Shown: positions 29,870 through 38,129 of the stretch, piece after piece
How positions within the stretch are numbered: the stretch's first letter is position 1
How the letters are laid out: each line of letters starts with the position of its first letter
NCBI GenBank assembly: GCA_963732325.1
Contig: CAVSYZ010000003.1
Coordinates: forward strand, 31,079-95,078
DNA length: 64,000 nucleotides
Direction of reading: 5' to 3'
DNA from: an uncultured Acidobacteriota bacterium
GTDB lineage: Bacteria > Acidobacteriota > Terriglobia > Acidiferrales > UBA7541
The notes under the pieces: generated by a model
Database searches by the model: none
Told to the model about the DNA's origin: nothing
Seen by the model: the letters and a program-made list of their open reading frames with translations, nothing else
Program-made: the position numbers and the translations under genes

Positions 29870-30100
29870 CGAGTCCTGTATCGGCCCGCGAAGCGCGTAC
29901 GTAAGCCGAGTGAATCCAGTTTACGGAAGGAACGCAGGGAAGTGCAACTGTTAAGGAGGGCAACGTTCCTGCCCGGCATCGCTGGACCGTGGGACAGATG
30001 TGTAACGTCGAAGGAAAGCTTCGCGCAGTGCGAGGCGGCAATAGGCCGCCCCGCGTCCGACGCGAAACTCTTGTGGCCTCTGAAACCGCCGCTAGACTGG

Positions 30101-31228
30101 CTAACGGCCCGCGCGACCCTGCGAGGAAGCGGTGGCTGCGGCTGCTTTCGGTGGCTGCTTAGCTGCGTCTGCTGCGGCCAACTTTTGCGCTTCGGCCGAG
30201 GGCTTACCGTTTCCGTCGGCTGGAACGGCTGGATGCGCGAGCAAGCCGAGCGCCTTGCGCAGGTCGTGCTCGATCTTGCCGCGGATGTCCGTGTTTTCTT
30301 TCAGGAAAACTCGGGCGTTATCGCGGCCTTGGCCCAGGCGTTCGCTCTTGTATGAAATCCAGGTGCCGGATTTTTCGAGCAGGCCGTTGCTGACTCCCAC
30401 GTCGATCAAATCGCCTTCGCGCGAGACGCCTTCGCCGTAAATGATATCGAACTCGGCTTCGCGGAACGGTGCAGCAACTTTGTTCTTTACGATCTTCGCG
30501 CGGGTGCGCGAGCCGATGACGCGGTCGCCTTCTTTAATGGATTGAATGCGCCGTATATCCACGCGAATCGAAGCGTAAAACTTCAGCGCGCGCCCACCCG
30601 TGGTGGTTTCCGGGTTGCCGAACATCACGCCGATCTTCTCGCGGATCTGGTTGATGAAAATCAGGCAGGTCTTTGATTTCGAGACGATGGCGGTGAGCTT
30701 GCGCAGTGCTTGCGACATCAAGCGCGCCTGCAGGCCCATCTGCGCGTCGCCCATATCGCCTTCGAGTTCAGCGCGCGGCACCAAGGCTGCCACCGAGTCC
30801 ACCACAATAATGTCCACGGCGTTCGAGCGGATCAGCGCTTCGGCGATTTCGAGCGCCTGTTCGCCGTTGTCCGGCTGCGATACCAGTAGGTTGTCCACGT
30901 CCACACCCAACTTGCGCGCGTAGGAAGGATCCAGCGCATGTTCGGCGTCAATGAATGCTGCCTGGCCGCCGAGCTTTTGCGCCTCGGCAATCACGTGCAG
31001 AGTGAGGGTGGTCTTGCCGCCGGATTCCGGGCCGTACACTTCGATCACGCGTCCGCGCGGGAAGCCGCCCACGCCGAGCGCGGCGTCAATGGAGATCGAG
31101 CCGGTGGGGATCACGTTCACGGGAACCAGAACGTCCTTGTTCCCCAGGCGCATGATGGAGCCTTTGCCGTACTGCTTTTCAATCTGCGAGATTGCCAAAT
31201 CCAGGTTTTTTGACTTTTCGTCGTTCAC
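30101..31228 (-). CDS. recA: Recombinase RecA (with Ala/Lys/Pro-rich C-terminal tail)
   Basis: GTG start with GAGGTGG as [14 protein letters not shown], Walker [28 protein letters not shown], and L2-region sequences. Confidence 0.97.
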   Translation of the reverse strand: MNDEKSKNLDLAISQIEKQYGKGSIMRLGNKDVLVPVNVIPTGSISIDAALGVGGFPRGRVIEVYGPESGGKTTLTLHVIAEAQKLGGQAAFIDAEHALDPSYARKLGVDVDNLLVSQPDNGEQALEIAEALIRSNAVDIIVVDSVAALVPRAELEGDMGDAQMGLQARLMSQALRKLTAIVSKSKTCLIFINQIREKIGVMFGNPETTTGGRALKFYASIRVDIRRIQSIKEGDRVIGSRTRAKIVKNKVAAPFREAEFDIIYGEGVSREGDLIDVGVSNGLLEKSGTWISYKSERLGQGRDNARVFLKENTDIRGKIEHDLRKALGLLAHPAVPADGNGKPSAEAQKLAAADAAKQPPKAAAATASSQGRAGR

Positions 31229-31338
31229 AGTGCCACCTCAAGAGGACTTTCTGTTTTGGTCTTAGCTGGAGACCGAGGCGGAGTGAGTTTAACACTGAGT
31301 GCCCGTTCCCGGCTCGGCCATTTCGAGAGTCATAATAT

Positions 31339-31362
31339 CACTAGGCGAACAAAAAGCAAAAG
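31339..31362 (-). promoter_or_regulatory. Candidate LexA operator (SOS box) upstream of recA
   Basis: In gene sense it reads CTTTTGCTTTTTGTTCGCCTAGTG, immediately followed by aTATTAT (a -10-like element). TTGCTT inside the box lies 16 nt upstream of it (-35-like). It is about 110 nt upstream of the recA GTG. Confidence 0.6.
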
Positions 31363-31393
31363 GTATTTTGGGCGCGATTGCCAGATGACTTTC

Positions 31394-31408
31394 GCCTGAA
31401 TATCAGGC
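31394..31408 (+). promoter_or_regulatory. Inverted repeat upstream of the vapB-like gene (possible antitoxin operator)
   Basis: GCCTGA-ata-TCAGGC, 27 nt upstream of the antitoxin ATG. Confidence 0.35.
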
Positions 31409-31434
31409 AAAATGAAATACGGGCGAGGGCGATC

Positions 31435-31719
31435 ATGGAATCGGCAAAAGTCGGTAAACGCGGCGCGATTATCGTGCCTGCAAAGTTGCGCAAGCGCTTC
31501 GGAATCAAAGAAGGAACCATGGTCATTGCCGAAGAACGTGAAGATGGAATACTCATTCGCCCGGCGGTCGTTATGCCGGTGGAACGCTATAGTCCGGAGC
31601 GCAAGGCGGAGTTCCTGCTCTCCACGTCTACGACGGCGCAGGATTACGAGCGCGCCCGGAAAGAAGTGAAAAAACTCGGTATCGATCCGGATGCGATCCG
31701 CCACAGGCGTCCACAATAG
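31435..31719 (+). CDS. AbrB/SpoVT-fold antitoxin (VapB-like)
   Basis: MESAKVGKRGAIIVPAKLRKRFGIKEGTMVIAEEREDGILIRP is a SpoVT/AbrB swapped-hairpin motif. The stop codon abuts the ATG of the PIN gene. Confidence 0.8.
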   Translation: MESAKVGKRGAIIVPAKLRKRFGIKEGTMVIAEEREDGILIRPAVVMPVERYSPERKAEFLLSTSTTAQDYERARKEVKKLGIDPDAIRHRRPQ

Positions 31720-32112
31720 ATGGACCGGCTGTTCCTGGACGCGAACGTGCTGTTCTCGGCGGCATATCGCCCTGACGCCGGCCTCTTAAGCCTCTGGAAA
31801 CTGAAAAACGTCACGCTGTGTTCTTCCCGGTACGCTGTCGAAGAGGCGCGGTTCAACCTTGATGATGACGACCAGCGTGCTCGGCTGGAAACAGTCTCAC
31901 AGCACCTTCATTTATTCGAGGCGGCCGCGCGCGATTTGCCGAGTGGTATTTCCCTTCCGGAGAAGGACGTCCCGATTTTGCTGGCGGCTATGGAAGCACG
32001 CGCTTCACACCTTTTGACCGGCGATGTGCGCCATTTCGGGTTTCATTTTGGGAGTCGGATCGCGGGCATTTTAATTCTGCTTCCCGGCGAATACCTGCGG
32101 GCGCGCACTTAG
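31720..32112 (+). CDS. PIN-domain toxin (VapC-like)
   Basis: MDRLFLDANVLFSAAY... and ...DVPILLAAMEARASHLLTGDVRHF carry the acidic residues expected in a PIN fold. 130 aa. Confidence 0.8.
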   Translation: MDRLFLDANVLFSAAYRPDAGLLSLWKLKNVTLCSSRYAVEEARFNLDDDDQRARLETVSQHLHLFEAAARDLPSGISLPEKDVPILLAAMEARASHLLTGDVRHFGFHFGSRIAGILILLPGEYLRART

Positions 32113-32146
32113 TGGCTGCTATATCGCAGGCAGCGGTGAGCGTCGT

Positions 32147-33004
32147 TCAATACTTGTAAAAGCCGCGGCCGGATTTGCGGCCTAGCCAGCCGGCGGCTAC
32201 GTATTTGCGCAACAGTGGGCAGGCGCGATATTTGGGATCGCCGAACCCGGTCTGCAGCACTTCGAGGATATTCACGCAGACGTCCAGACCGATGAAATCC
32301 GCGAGTTCCAGCGGGCCCATTGGGTGGTTCATGCCCATTTTCATCACGGCGTCTACTGCTTCGGGAGTGGCGACGCCTTCCATCACGGCGAAGGCGGCTT
32401 CATTGATCAGCGGCATCAGGACGCGATTCGAAACGAAGCCCGGCGCGTCGTTCACCGCCACGGGTTTTTTCTCGAGCTTCTCGCACAGCAGCGTTGTGGT
32501 CTGAAAAGTATCGTCGCTGGTGGCCAAGCCGCGAATCACTTCCACCAGCGCCATTATCGGCACAGGATTCATGAAGTGCATGCCGATAAATTTATCCGGG
32601 CGCGATGTTTGCGCTGCCAGTTGTGTAATAGAAATTGAAGATGTGTTGCTCGCGAGGATCACCCCGGGCTTGAGGGCTGCGTCCACATCCTTCAGCAGGC
32701 GGATTTTCAGTTCAAGCTGTTCGGGGACGGCTTCAATGGCGAAATCGGCGCCCGCCAGCGCGGAGACCTCGGTAGTAGGCTGGATGCGCGAGAGGGTGAG
32801 CGGCTTATCGGCTGCGGCGATTTTTTCCTTCTTCACTTCACGATCGAGGTTCTTGCCGATGGTTTCCAGGCCGCGTTCGAGGAAGCGCGCTTCGACGTCC
32901 CGCAAAATCACACTGTATCCAGCGCGCGCAAAAACGTGCGCGATGCCGTTGCCCATCGTCCCGGCGCCCAGCACTGCGACAGTCTTAATTTGATCGAGTG
33001 ACAT
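32147..33004 (-). CDS. hbd: 3-hydroxybutyryl-CoA dehydrogenase
   Basis: VAVLGAGTMGNGIAHVFA (Rossmann), NTSSISIT, FIGMHFMNPVP, GFVSNRVL. The track N-terminus (61 aa, R/S/L-rich) was trimmed to MSLDQIKT at 33004. Confidence 0.9.
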   Translation of the reverse strand: MSLDQIKTVAVLGAGTMGNGIAHVFARAGYSVILRDVEARFLERGLETIGKNLDREVKKEKIAAADKPLTLSRIQPTTEVSALAGADFAIEAVPEQLELKIRLLKDVDAALKPGVILASNTSSISITQLAAQTSRPDKFIGMHFMNPVPIMALVEVIRGLATSDDTFQTTTLLCEKLEKKPVAVNDAPGFVSNRVLMPLINEAAFAVMEGVATPEAVDAVMKMGMNHPMGPLELADFIGLDVCVNILEVLQTGFGDPKYRACPLLRKYVAAGWLGRKSGRGFYKY

Positions 33005-33071
33005 AGGTGCTGATGATAATGGAAGTTGAGGAGTTAAAGAAAGCAAAGGAAGGGGAGGAAGTTGCGGCGTT

Positions 33072-33851
33072 TCAAGCAGGGCTACGCTCGCGGCGAAGGC
33101 TCGACGGCTTCGACGCGAGCGCGAGCCAAGCGACCAGCGTAGCGAGTTTCTCGTCCTGCGACCACGGAGGGCCAAGGGAACGGCCAAGCTCCGCCATGCG
33201 GCGGGTTAGGTCGTTCCGCCGCAGGCGCAGCATTTCCGGCGCCTCGTCACGGAGTTCGCGTTCCTTTGCGGTCTTGCTCGGGAGGTCGCAGCGGGCGCAG
33301 GCGTGGAGCAGCGCTTCGCGAAAGAGTTCGCCATCGGCGGTGTGAATCAGTGCGTGTGACGCCAGAATATCCGGCAAGTTTGGCAGCGGCCTTCCCGACG
33401 CGAGAACCAAACCGCTACGCCTAAGAAGGTAGCCCTGCGTCTGCAGACTTTCCTGGAGTTCGCGGACCGCGCGATAGGCGAGGCTTCGCGCTTGAGTCTG
33501 GACGCCGGCGACAAAGGCGCGGGCTTCGTCGAGTGGCATATTCTTCGCGGTATGGTAAGGCTGCCGAAAGCGGTAGGTGAAAGTTTCGACCAAGTGAATT
33601 CGCTGCCGCGCCAAAACGCAGGGCGCGCCTTTGGAGACACACAGCGCGACCAGCGCAGTCCAACCAGAGTGGGCGCGGAATCCGAGCGCTGCCGATTTCA
33701 AAAGGCCTCCGTAGCGACGAAGTGCCGTGACATCACGGAGAACGTCGAGGGGTAAAGAAAACATAGGAGGTGGAGCAACGTCAAGCGTTGGCGGACTTAG
33801 ATCGGGGACGATTTGCGTTTGGTTCGTTCGCCGCGCTTCTGCCATCAGCAT
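33072..33851 (-). CDS. Hypothetical protein (start uncertain)
   Basis: 259-aa ORF in an operon-like position between merR and hbd. GFRAHSGWTALVAL...LIHTADGELFREALLHA. I recognise no family. An alternative ATG lies at 33764. Confidence 0.5.
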   Translation of the reverse strand: MLMAEARRTNQTQIVPDLSPPTLDVAPPPMFSLPLDVLRDVTALRRYGGLLKSAALGFRAHSGWTALVALCVSKGAPCVLARQRIHLVETFTYRFRQPYHTAKNMPLDEARAFVAGVQTQARSLAYRAVRELQESLQTQGYLLRRSGLVLASGRPLPNLPDILASHALIHTADGELFREALLHACARCDLPSKTAKERELRDEAPEMLRLRRNDLTRRMAELGRSLGPPWSQDEKLATLVAWLALASKPSSLRRERSPA

Positions 33852-33864
33852 TTCGGCTGCTAGC

Positions 33865-34275
33865 TCAATCGCGGTCCCCCCTGATTTTTTTGAGATTCTC
33901 GCTGAGGCTGAGGCGCTGAACGCAATCTTGCAGCGATGCGCAGTGGCAGCGGAGCAAGTGCTGGAAAAGGGATTTCAAGCGCAGCGAGCGTTCGATGGTC
34001 CGCTCTGCCTCCGTTATCTTGTGAGCCGCCAGTTTTCTCCAGCGGGGCCCGACCGGAGAATTGTCTCGCAAGCCGCTCAAAAAGATTTTGATCTCCGCAA
34101 GCGTGAATCCCATGTCGCCTGCGAAACGGATGAGCAGCACGCGGTGAACGGCTTCCGCGGGATATCTGCGTTGCCCTCCTGCGCGGTGCGCCGGCGCGAG
34201 CAGGCTTATCCGTTCGTAGTAGCGAATTGCCGAAGCGCTGAGGCCAGTACGTTCAGCAAGCTCTCCAATTTTCAT
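33865..34275 (-). CDS. MerR-family transcriptional regulator with C-terminal CxC-x5-C motif
   Basis: MKIGELAERTGLSASAIRYYERISLL (MerR HTH), a coiled-coil region, then LLRCHCASLQDC. The track start was trimmed to 34275. Confidence 0.88.
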   Translation of the reverse strand: MKIGELAERTGLSASAIRYYERISLLAPAHRAGGQRRYPAEAVHRVLLIRFAGDMGFTLAEIKIFLSGLRDNSPVGPRWRKLAAHKITEAERTIERSLRLKSLFQHLLRCHCASLQDCVQRLSLSENLKKIRGDRD

Positions 34276-34310
34276 TTTTCCCTCGATGCCATTAGACCGC
34301 AAATTAGGGC

Positions 34311-34341
34311 TTGACTTAAAGTTGACTTCAACTTTTAGCAT
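34311..34341 (+). promoter_or_regulatory. MerR-type promoter/operator: -35 TTGACT, 19-bp spacer carrying a perfect dyad, -10 TAGCAT
   Basis: TTGACT-TAAAGTTGACTTCAACTTT-TAGCAT. The dyad AAAGTTGA-ct-TCAACTTT is centred in the over-long 19-bp spacer, the MerR-family hallmark. It sits 39 nt upstream of the 34380 ORF and is divergent from merR. Confidence 0.7.
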
Positions 34342-34379
34342 GCACGAGTGGTTGACGACAAATCAAAAGGAGCAAACAC

Positions 34380-34838
34380 ATGAACAAGAAACGATTCACG
34401 GGGATGAACAAGGGCAGGGCCGCTGCTGGCGCGTTGGCGCTGCTGCTGGCGGCTAGCGGCGCAGGCGGCGGATCGCTGCAGGCTTCGCCGGCTGCGGCCG
34501 GCGCGACGCAGCAAACGAATGCGGAGGGCAAGTTCTACTGCAATGTAAAAGCGCTCACTCCCGCCGAACGCGCGCGGCACCAGCGTGTGACGGAAAAACT
34601 GATCGCAGCCCGGAAGCAGATTGTGGAGACGCCGCGAGGCTACGAGTTTCAATACAGCCCGTCGGATGTTTCTGTTGCAGAGCTGGCGGATTGGGTGACG
34701 ACCGAAGAAAAATGCTGCCCCTTCTTTTATTTTCACATTGATCTGGAACGCGAAGGCACCCTCGTGTGCCTGGGCCTCACTGGCGAGGAAGGAATCAAAG
34801 CATTCATCCAGACGGAGTTTCAAGTACCCGTGAAATAG
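34380..34838 (+). CDS. Small exported protein with vicinal-cysteine motif (EEKCCPFFYF)
   Basis: 152 aa. N-terminal signal-like AAAGALALLLAASGAGGG. AAGGAG SD lies 8 nt upstream. It is driven by the MerR-type promoter. Confidence 0.65.
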   Translation: MNKKRFTGMNKGRAAAGALALLLAASGAGGGSLQASPAAAGATQQTNAEGKFYCNVKALTPAERARHQRVTEKLIAARKQIVETPRGYEFQYSPSDVSVAELADWVTTEEKCCPFFYFHIDLEREGTLVCLGLTGEEGIKAFIQTEFQVPVK

Positions 34839-34960
34839 CGGCACGGCGGGACGGAGCTAGCCGGCAGGACTTCGCCCGGTGAGGTGCTGCCGTCTCGCGG
34901 CGTGGTGTTGCAAGAACGCGGCAGAGATTCAGCGCGGCGGGGGCTGCGATGTGGCCGGGG

Positions 34961-35614
34961 TTAAGACGCGTCGATGACCTGGCGAATCATTTCTTGCGCG
35001 CGTTTTTGTGACGCGGGCGTGACCCGAATTCGCAGCTGGCCTCCGGAATCGCTGGTTGCGGTGCCGATGCCGATGTTGGTGAGACAGGTGACCAGATTTT
35101 CTCTGGTTGTGGCGTCCTGGCCGGACCAGACCTCGACGGTCGCATCCTCTGGATCGAAATCGTCGGGAACGGAATCGGGCGGAACGTCGGAAGCGTCGAA
35201 TTCGTCTTCGCTCTCCGGTGATTCCGGCAGGGGCGCATTCGAATGTAGCGGCGCTTCGTCTGAATCTTCGGGCGCGGTTTCACGGCGGCGAGCTGCAGTT
35301 TCCAGCGCCGCGGTGGCCGGTTGATGATCACGCGTATGAGTAAAGATTGCGAACACTTGGCGAGACCAGCCGGGCAAGGAACCGACTTTGTCGGCCCGCG
35401 CGTGGTACCGAATTTTCGCAGTTTCGAGCGCGTCAATGATTCCGTCTCGAATTGGCGCGTCCGTACCAGTCCAGAGCAGTTCGGCCGCGCCTGCAACTTC
35501 AGGCTTGTTGGAATGAATTCTCGTTTCTTCGAGACGCTCCACGAGCGCGACGTCGCAATCGGAGCAACGCGTGAAACCGGGCCGGTACTCGGCTCTGCAC
35601 TCAGGGCAAAACAT
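34961..35614 (-). CDS. Hypothetical zinc-ribbon protein with acidic linker
   Basis: N-terminal CPECRAEY...CSDC zinc ribbon. Two small alpha/beta modules are separated by a D/E/P-rich linker. Confidence 0.55.
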   Translation of the reverse strand: MFCPECRAEYRPGFTRCSDCDVALVERLEETRIHSNKPEVAGAAELLWTGTDAPIRDGIIDALETAKIRYHARADKVGSLPGWSRQVFAIFTHTRDHQPATAALETAARRRETAPEDSDEAPLHSNAPLPESPESEDEFDASDVPPDSVPDDFDPEDATVEVWSGQDATTRENLVTCLTNIGIGTATSDSGGQLRIRVTPASQKRAQEMIRQVIDAS

Positions 35615-35674
35615 GGGTTTACGTGCGCTCCAAAATTTCCTGGAACAAACTCACGAGCCGACGGGACGCTGGCG

Positions 35675-36859
35675 CTACGGAAGTTCGATCGCGAGCGCGA
35701 CGGCGTTGCCGCCGCCGAGGCAGAGGGCTGCAATGCCGCGCTTTAAATTGCGGCGCTGCAATTCGTACAGCAGCGTGAGCAGGACGCGGGCGCCGGATGC
35801 GCCGATGGGATGGCCCAACGCTACCGCGCCGCCATTAACGTTTACCTTTTCGGGATTGAGCTTCAGCACGCGAGTTACGGCGATGGCCGCCACCGCGAAG
35901 GCTTCGTTCAGTTCATACAGGTCCACGTCTTTGTCGCGATCCCAGCCGGTCTTCTGAAGAAGTTTTTCGACGGCTTCCACCGGCGCCATCATCACCCACT
36001 TCGGTTCGACGCCGCTGACGGCTTGCGCGACGATGCGCGCCATAGGCTGCTTACCGAAGCGCGCCGCATTTTTTTCGCTCGTGACGATCACGGCGGCGGC
36101 GCCGTCGTTTGTTCCCGGGGCGTTCCCGGCCGTTACTGTGCCGTCTTTTTTGAACGCGGGCTTCAGCTTGGCGAGAATTTCCAGCGAAGTGTCCTCGCGC
36201 GGCGATTCGTCCATCTTGATAATGATCGGATCGCCCTTCTTCTGCGGGATTTCCACGGGCACGATCTGCGCGCTGAAGAAACAGGATTTCATCGCGCGAA
36301 TCGCCTTCTGATGACTTTCGAACGCGAACTGATCCTGTTCCTCGCGCGAAATTTTATATTTTTCTGCAACCAGCTCGCCGGTTACGCCCATGTGGAAATT
36401 TTCGTACACGTCCCACAGGCCGTCGTTGATCATGGAATCGATCATTTCCTGATTGCCAAGGCGGAAGCCGCTGCGTGCGCCTTTCAGCAGATACGGGCAA
36501 TTGGACATGGACTCCATGCCGCCAGCGACGACCACTTCCGATTCGCCCAGCTGCACCGCTTGCGCCGCGAGGCCGACGGCCTTCAAACCGGAGCCGCAAA
36601 CTTTGTTGATGGTCATTGCCGCGACGCGCGGATCGAGGCCGCCGCGCAACGCCGCCTGGCGCGCCGGGTTCTGGCCCAGCCCCGCCTGCACAACGTTGCC
36701 CAGGATCGCTTCGTCCACTTGATTCGGCTCGATGCCGGCGCGGCGCACTACTTCGGCGACGACTTTCGCGCCGAGTTCCGTCGCAGAGAGCGGCGCGAGC
36801 CCGCCCATGAATTTTCCGATGGGCGTGCGCACGGCGCTTAAAATGACAGGTCGTTCCAT
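35675..36859 (-). CDS. Acetyl-CoA C-acetyltransferase (thiolase II)
   Basis: [17 protein letters not shown], active-site [40 protein letters not shown]. Trimmed from the track start 36898. Confidence 0.93.
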   Translation of the reverse strand: MERPVILSAVRTPIGKFMGGLAPLSATELGAKVVAEVVRRAGIEPNQVDEAILGNVVQAGLGQNPARQAALRGGLDPRVAAMTINKVCGSGLKAVGLAAQAVQLGESEVVVAGGMESMSNCPYLLKGARSGFRLGNQEMIDSMINDGLWDVYENFHMGVTGELVAEKYKISREEQDQFAFESHQKAIRAMKSCFFSAQIVPVEIPQKKGDPIIIKMDESPREDTSLEILAKLKPAFKKDGTVTAGNAPGTNDGAAAVIVTSEKNAARFGKQPMARIVAQAVSGVEPKWVMMAPVEAVEKLLQKTGWDRDKDVDLYELNEAFAVAAIAVTRVLKLNPEKVNVNGGAVALGHPIGASGARVLLTLLYELQRRNLKRGIAALCLGGGNAVALAIELP

Positions 36860-36980
36860 GATGATTGCTCCTTCGGGCTTCGTCGGTCGGAAATACAAGT
36901 ATAAGGGGCGCGCCAGACGCGGTCAATTTTGCGAACGTCCGCACTCTGGTAGCGCACCAGCGCAGCGCGCACCCGACGGC

Positions 36981-37379
36981 CTATGCAAAATTCAGCTGCC
37001 AGGAAACGCCGTAGCGGTCGTTGACCCAAGCGAACATCCGACTAAATCCGTATTCGCCGATCGGCATGTGCGCGTTGCCGCCAGCGACGAGGGCTCCGTA
37101 CAGTCTGCGAATTTCTTGTTCCGATTCACATTCGACGAAAAACGAGAACGCGGGCGTAAATGAAAAATCATGCTTCACCGTGCTGTCGGTGCACATAACG
37201 GTCTGGTTTCCAATTCGAAAGCTTGCTTTCATCACCGAGCCTTCGACTCCGGGCCCATTCGAGCCATGGCGAACGATGCTTAACACCTCGGCGCCATAAA
37301 ACAGAGAAACGTAGAAGTTCATCGCTTCCTCGGCTTTGCCTGCAAACATCAGAAAAGGCCGAATTTTTGAGTCTGTCAT
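36981..37379 (-). CDS. VOC-superfamily protein (PhnB-like / 3-demethylubiquinone methyltransferase-like domain)
   Basis: MTDSKIRPFLMFAGKAEEAMNFYVSLF...FSFFVECESEQEIRRLYGAL...DRYGVSWQL. Confidence 0.75.
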   Translation of the reverse strand: MTDSKIRPFLMFAGKAEEAMNFYVSLFYGAEVLSIVRHGSNGPGVEGSVMKASFRIGNQTVMCTDSTVKHDFSFTPAFSFFVECESEQEIRRLYGALVAGGNAHMPIGEYGFSRMFAWVNDRYGVSWQLNFA

Positions 37380-37455
37380 CGATCTCCTCCCTTCAACCGA
37401 CTCATGAATCAAAGCTGCACGCAAACTGGCGAAATGTTCGGTCGTGAATCAGCGT

Positions 37456-38013
37456 CTACCGCGGTGCGCCTTGCCACTCTTCCGCCAGGATCGCGTAGAG
37501 GTACGTATCGCGCCATTCACCCTTCTCCATGGCGTTTTTCAGAAATAACGCCTCGCGGCGCATGCCGAGTTTTTCCATCACGCGATATGAGGCGCGATTT
37601 CGCTCGTGGCAGGTGGCCCAGATGCGGTGCAGCTTCAATTCGTTGAAAGCAACGTTGAGAACGGCGCGAGCGGCTTCGGTCATGTAGCCGTGACCCCAAT
37701 ATTTCCGATTCAACACGTAACCGAAGTCGCCGGTACGGTTCGCTTCGTCGCTGATACGAAGATCGATTGAGCCGATCAGCCGGCGTTCACTTTCCAGTTC
37801 AATCGCGAGACCTACGTTGGGGCGCGGCCACTGCATCTGCGCTGCGAGGGCACGCTTGAGAAATTCGCGGGTTGCTTCACGCGTGTTGGGCCCCCAAATC
37901 ATCAGGCGCGCCACGTCGGGATCGGACGCATAGTCGTGCACGTCCGTTTCATCCTCCGCGCGTATCTCGCGCAGCAGCAGGCGTTCGGTCTTGATCGGAA
38001 ACCAGCGATTCAT
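37456..38013 (-). CDS. GNAT-family N-acetyltransferase (RimJ/RimL-like)
   Basis: TERLLLREIRAEDETDVHDYASDP...NRKYWGHGYMTEAARAVLNVAF...LHRIWATCHERNRASYRVMEKLGM. Confidence 0.85.
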   Translation of the reverse strand: MNRWFPIKTERLLLREIRAEDETDVHDYASDPDVARLMIWGPNTREATREFLKRALAAQMQWPRPNVGLAIELESERRLIGSIDLRISDEANRTGDFGYVLNRKYWGHGYMTEAARAVLNVAFNELKLHRIWATCHERNRASYRVMEKLGMRREALFLKNAMEKGEWRDTYLYAILAEEWQGAPR

Positions 38014-38067
38014 TTCCCTATCATAGCGAATGGCGGAGCCGGGCGACAGGGCGCGCAGAATCGCCGG

Positions 38068-38091
38068 CTTTCGCTTTCTATTCGCCTACGG
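38068..38091 (+). promoter_or_regulatory. Candidate LexA operator (SOS box) upstream of the helicase-nuclease gene
   Basis: CTTTCGCTTTCTATTCGCCTACGG, in the same orientation relative to its gene as the lexA and recA copies. A TAAGAT -10-like element lies at 38102-38107. Confidence 0.55.
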
Positions 38092-38129
38092 AAAACTCTG
38101 TTAAGATAGTTGTGCGAGAATTACACGCC

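Noticed and set aside
28775-30355. 526-aa plus-strand ORF
   Set aside because: It lies antisense to the PBP-like gene and the recA 3' end, both well supported on the minus strand. It has no motifs.
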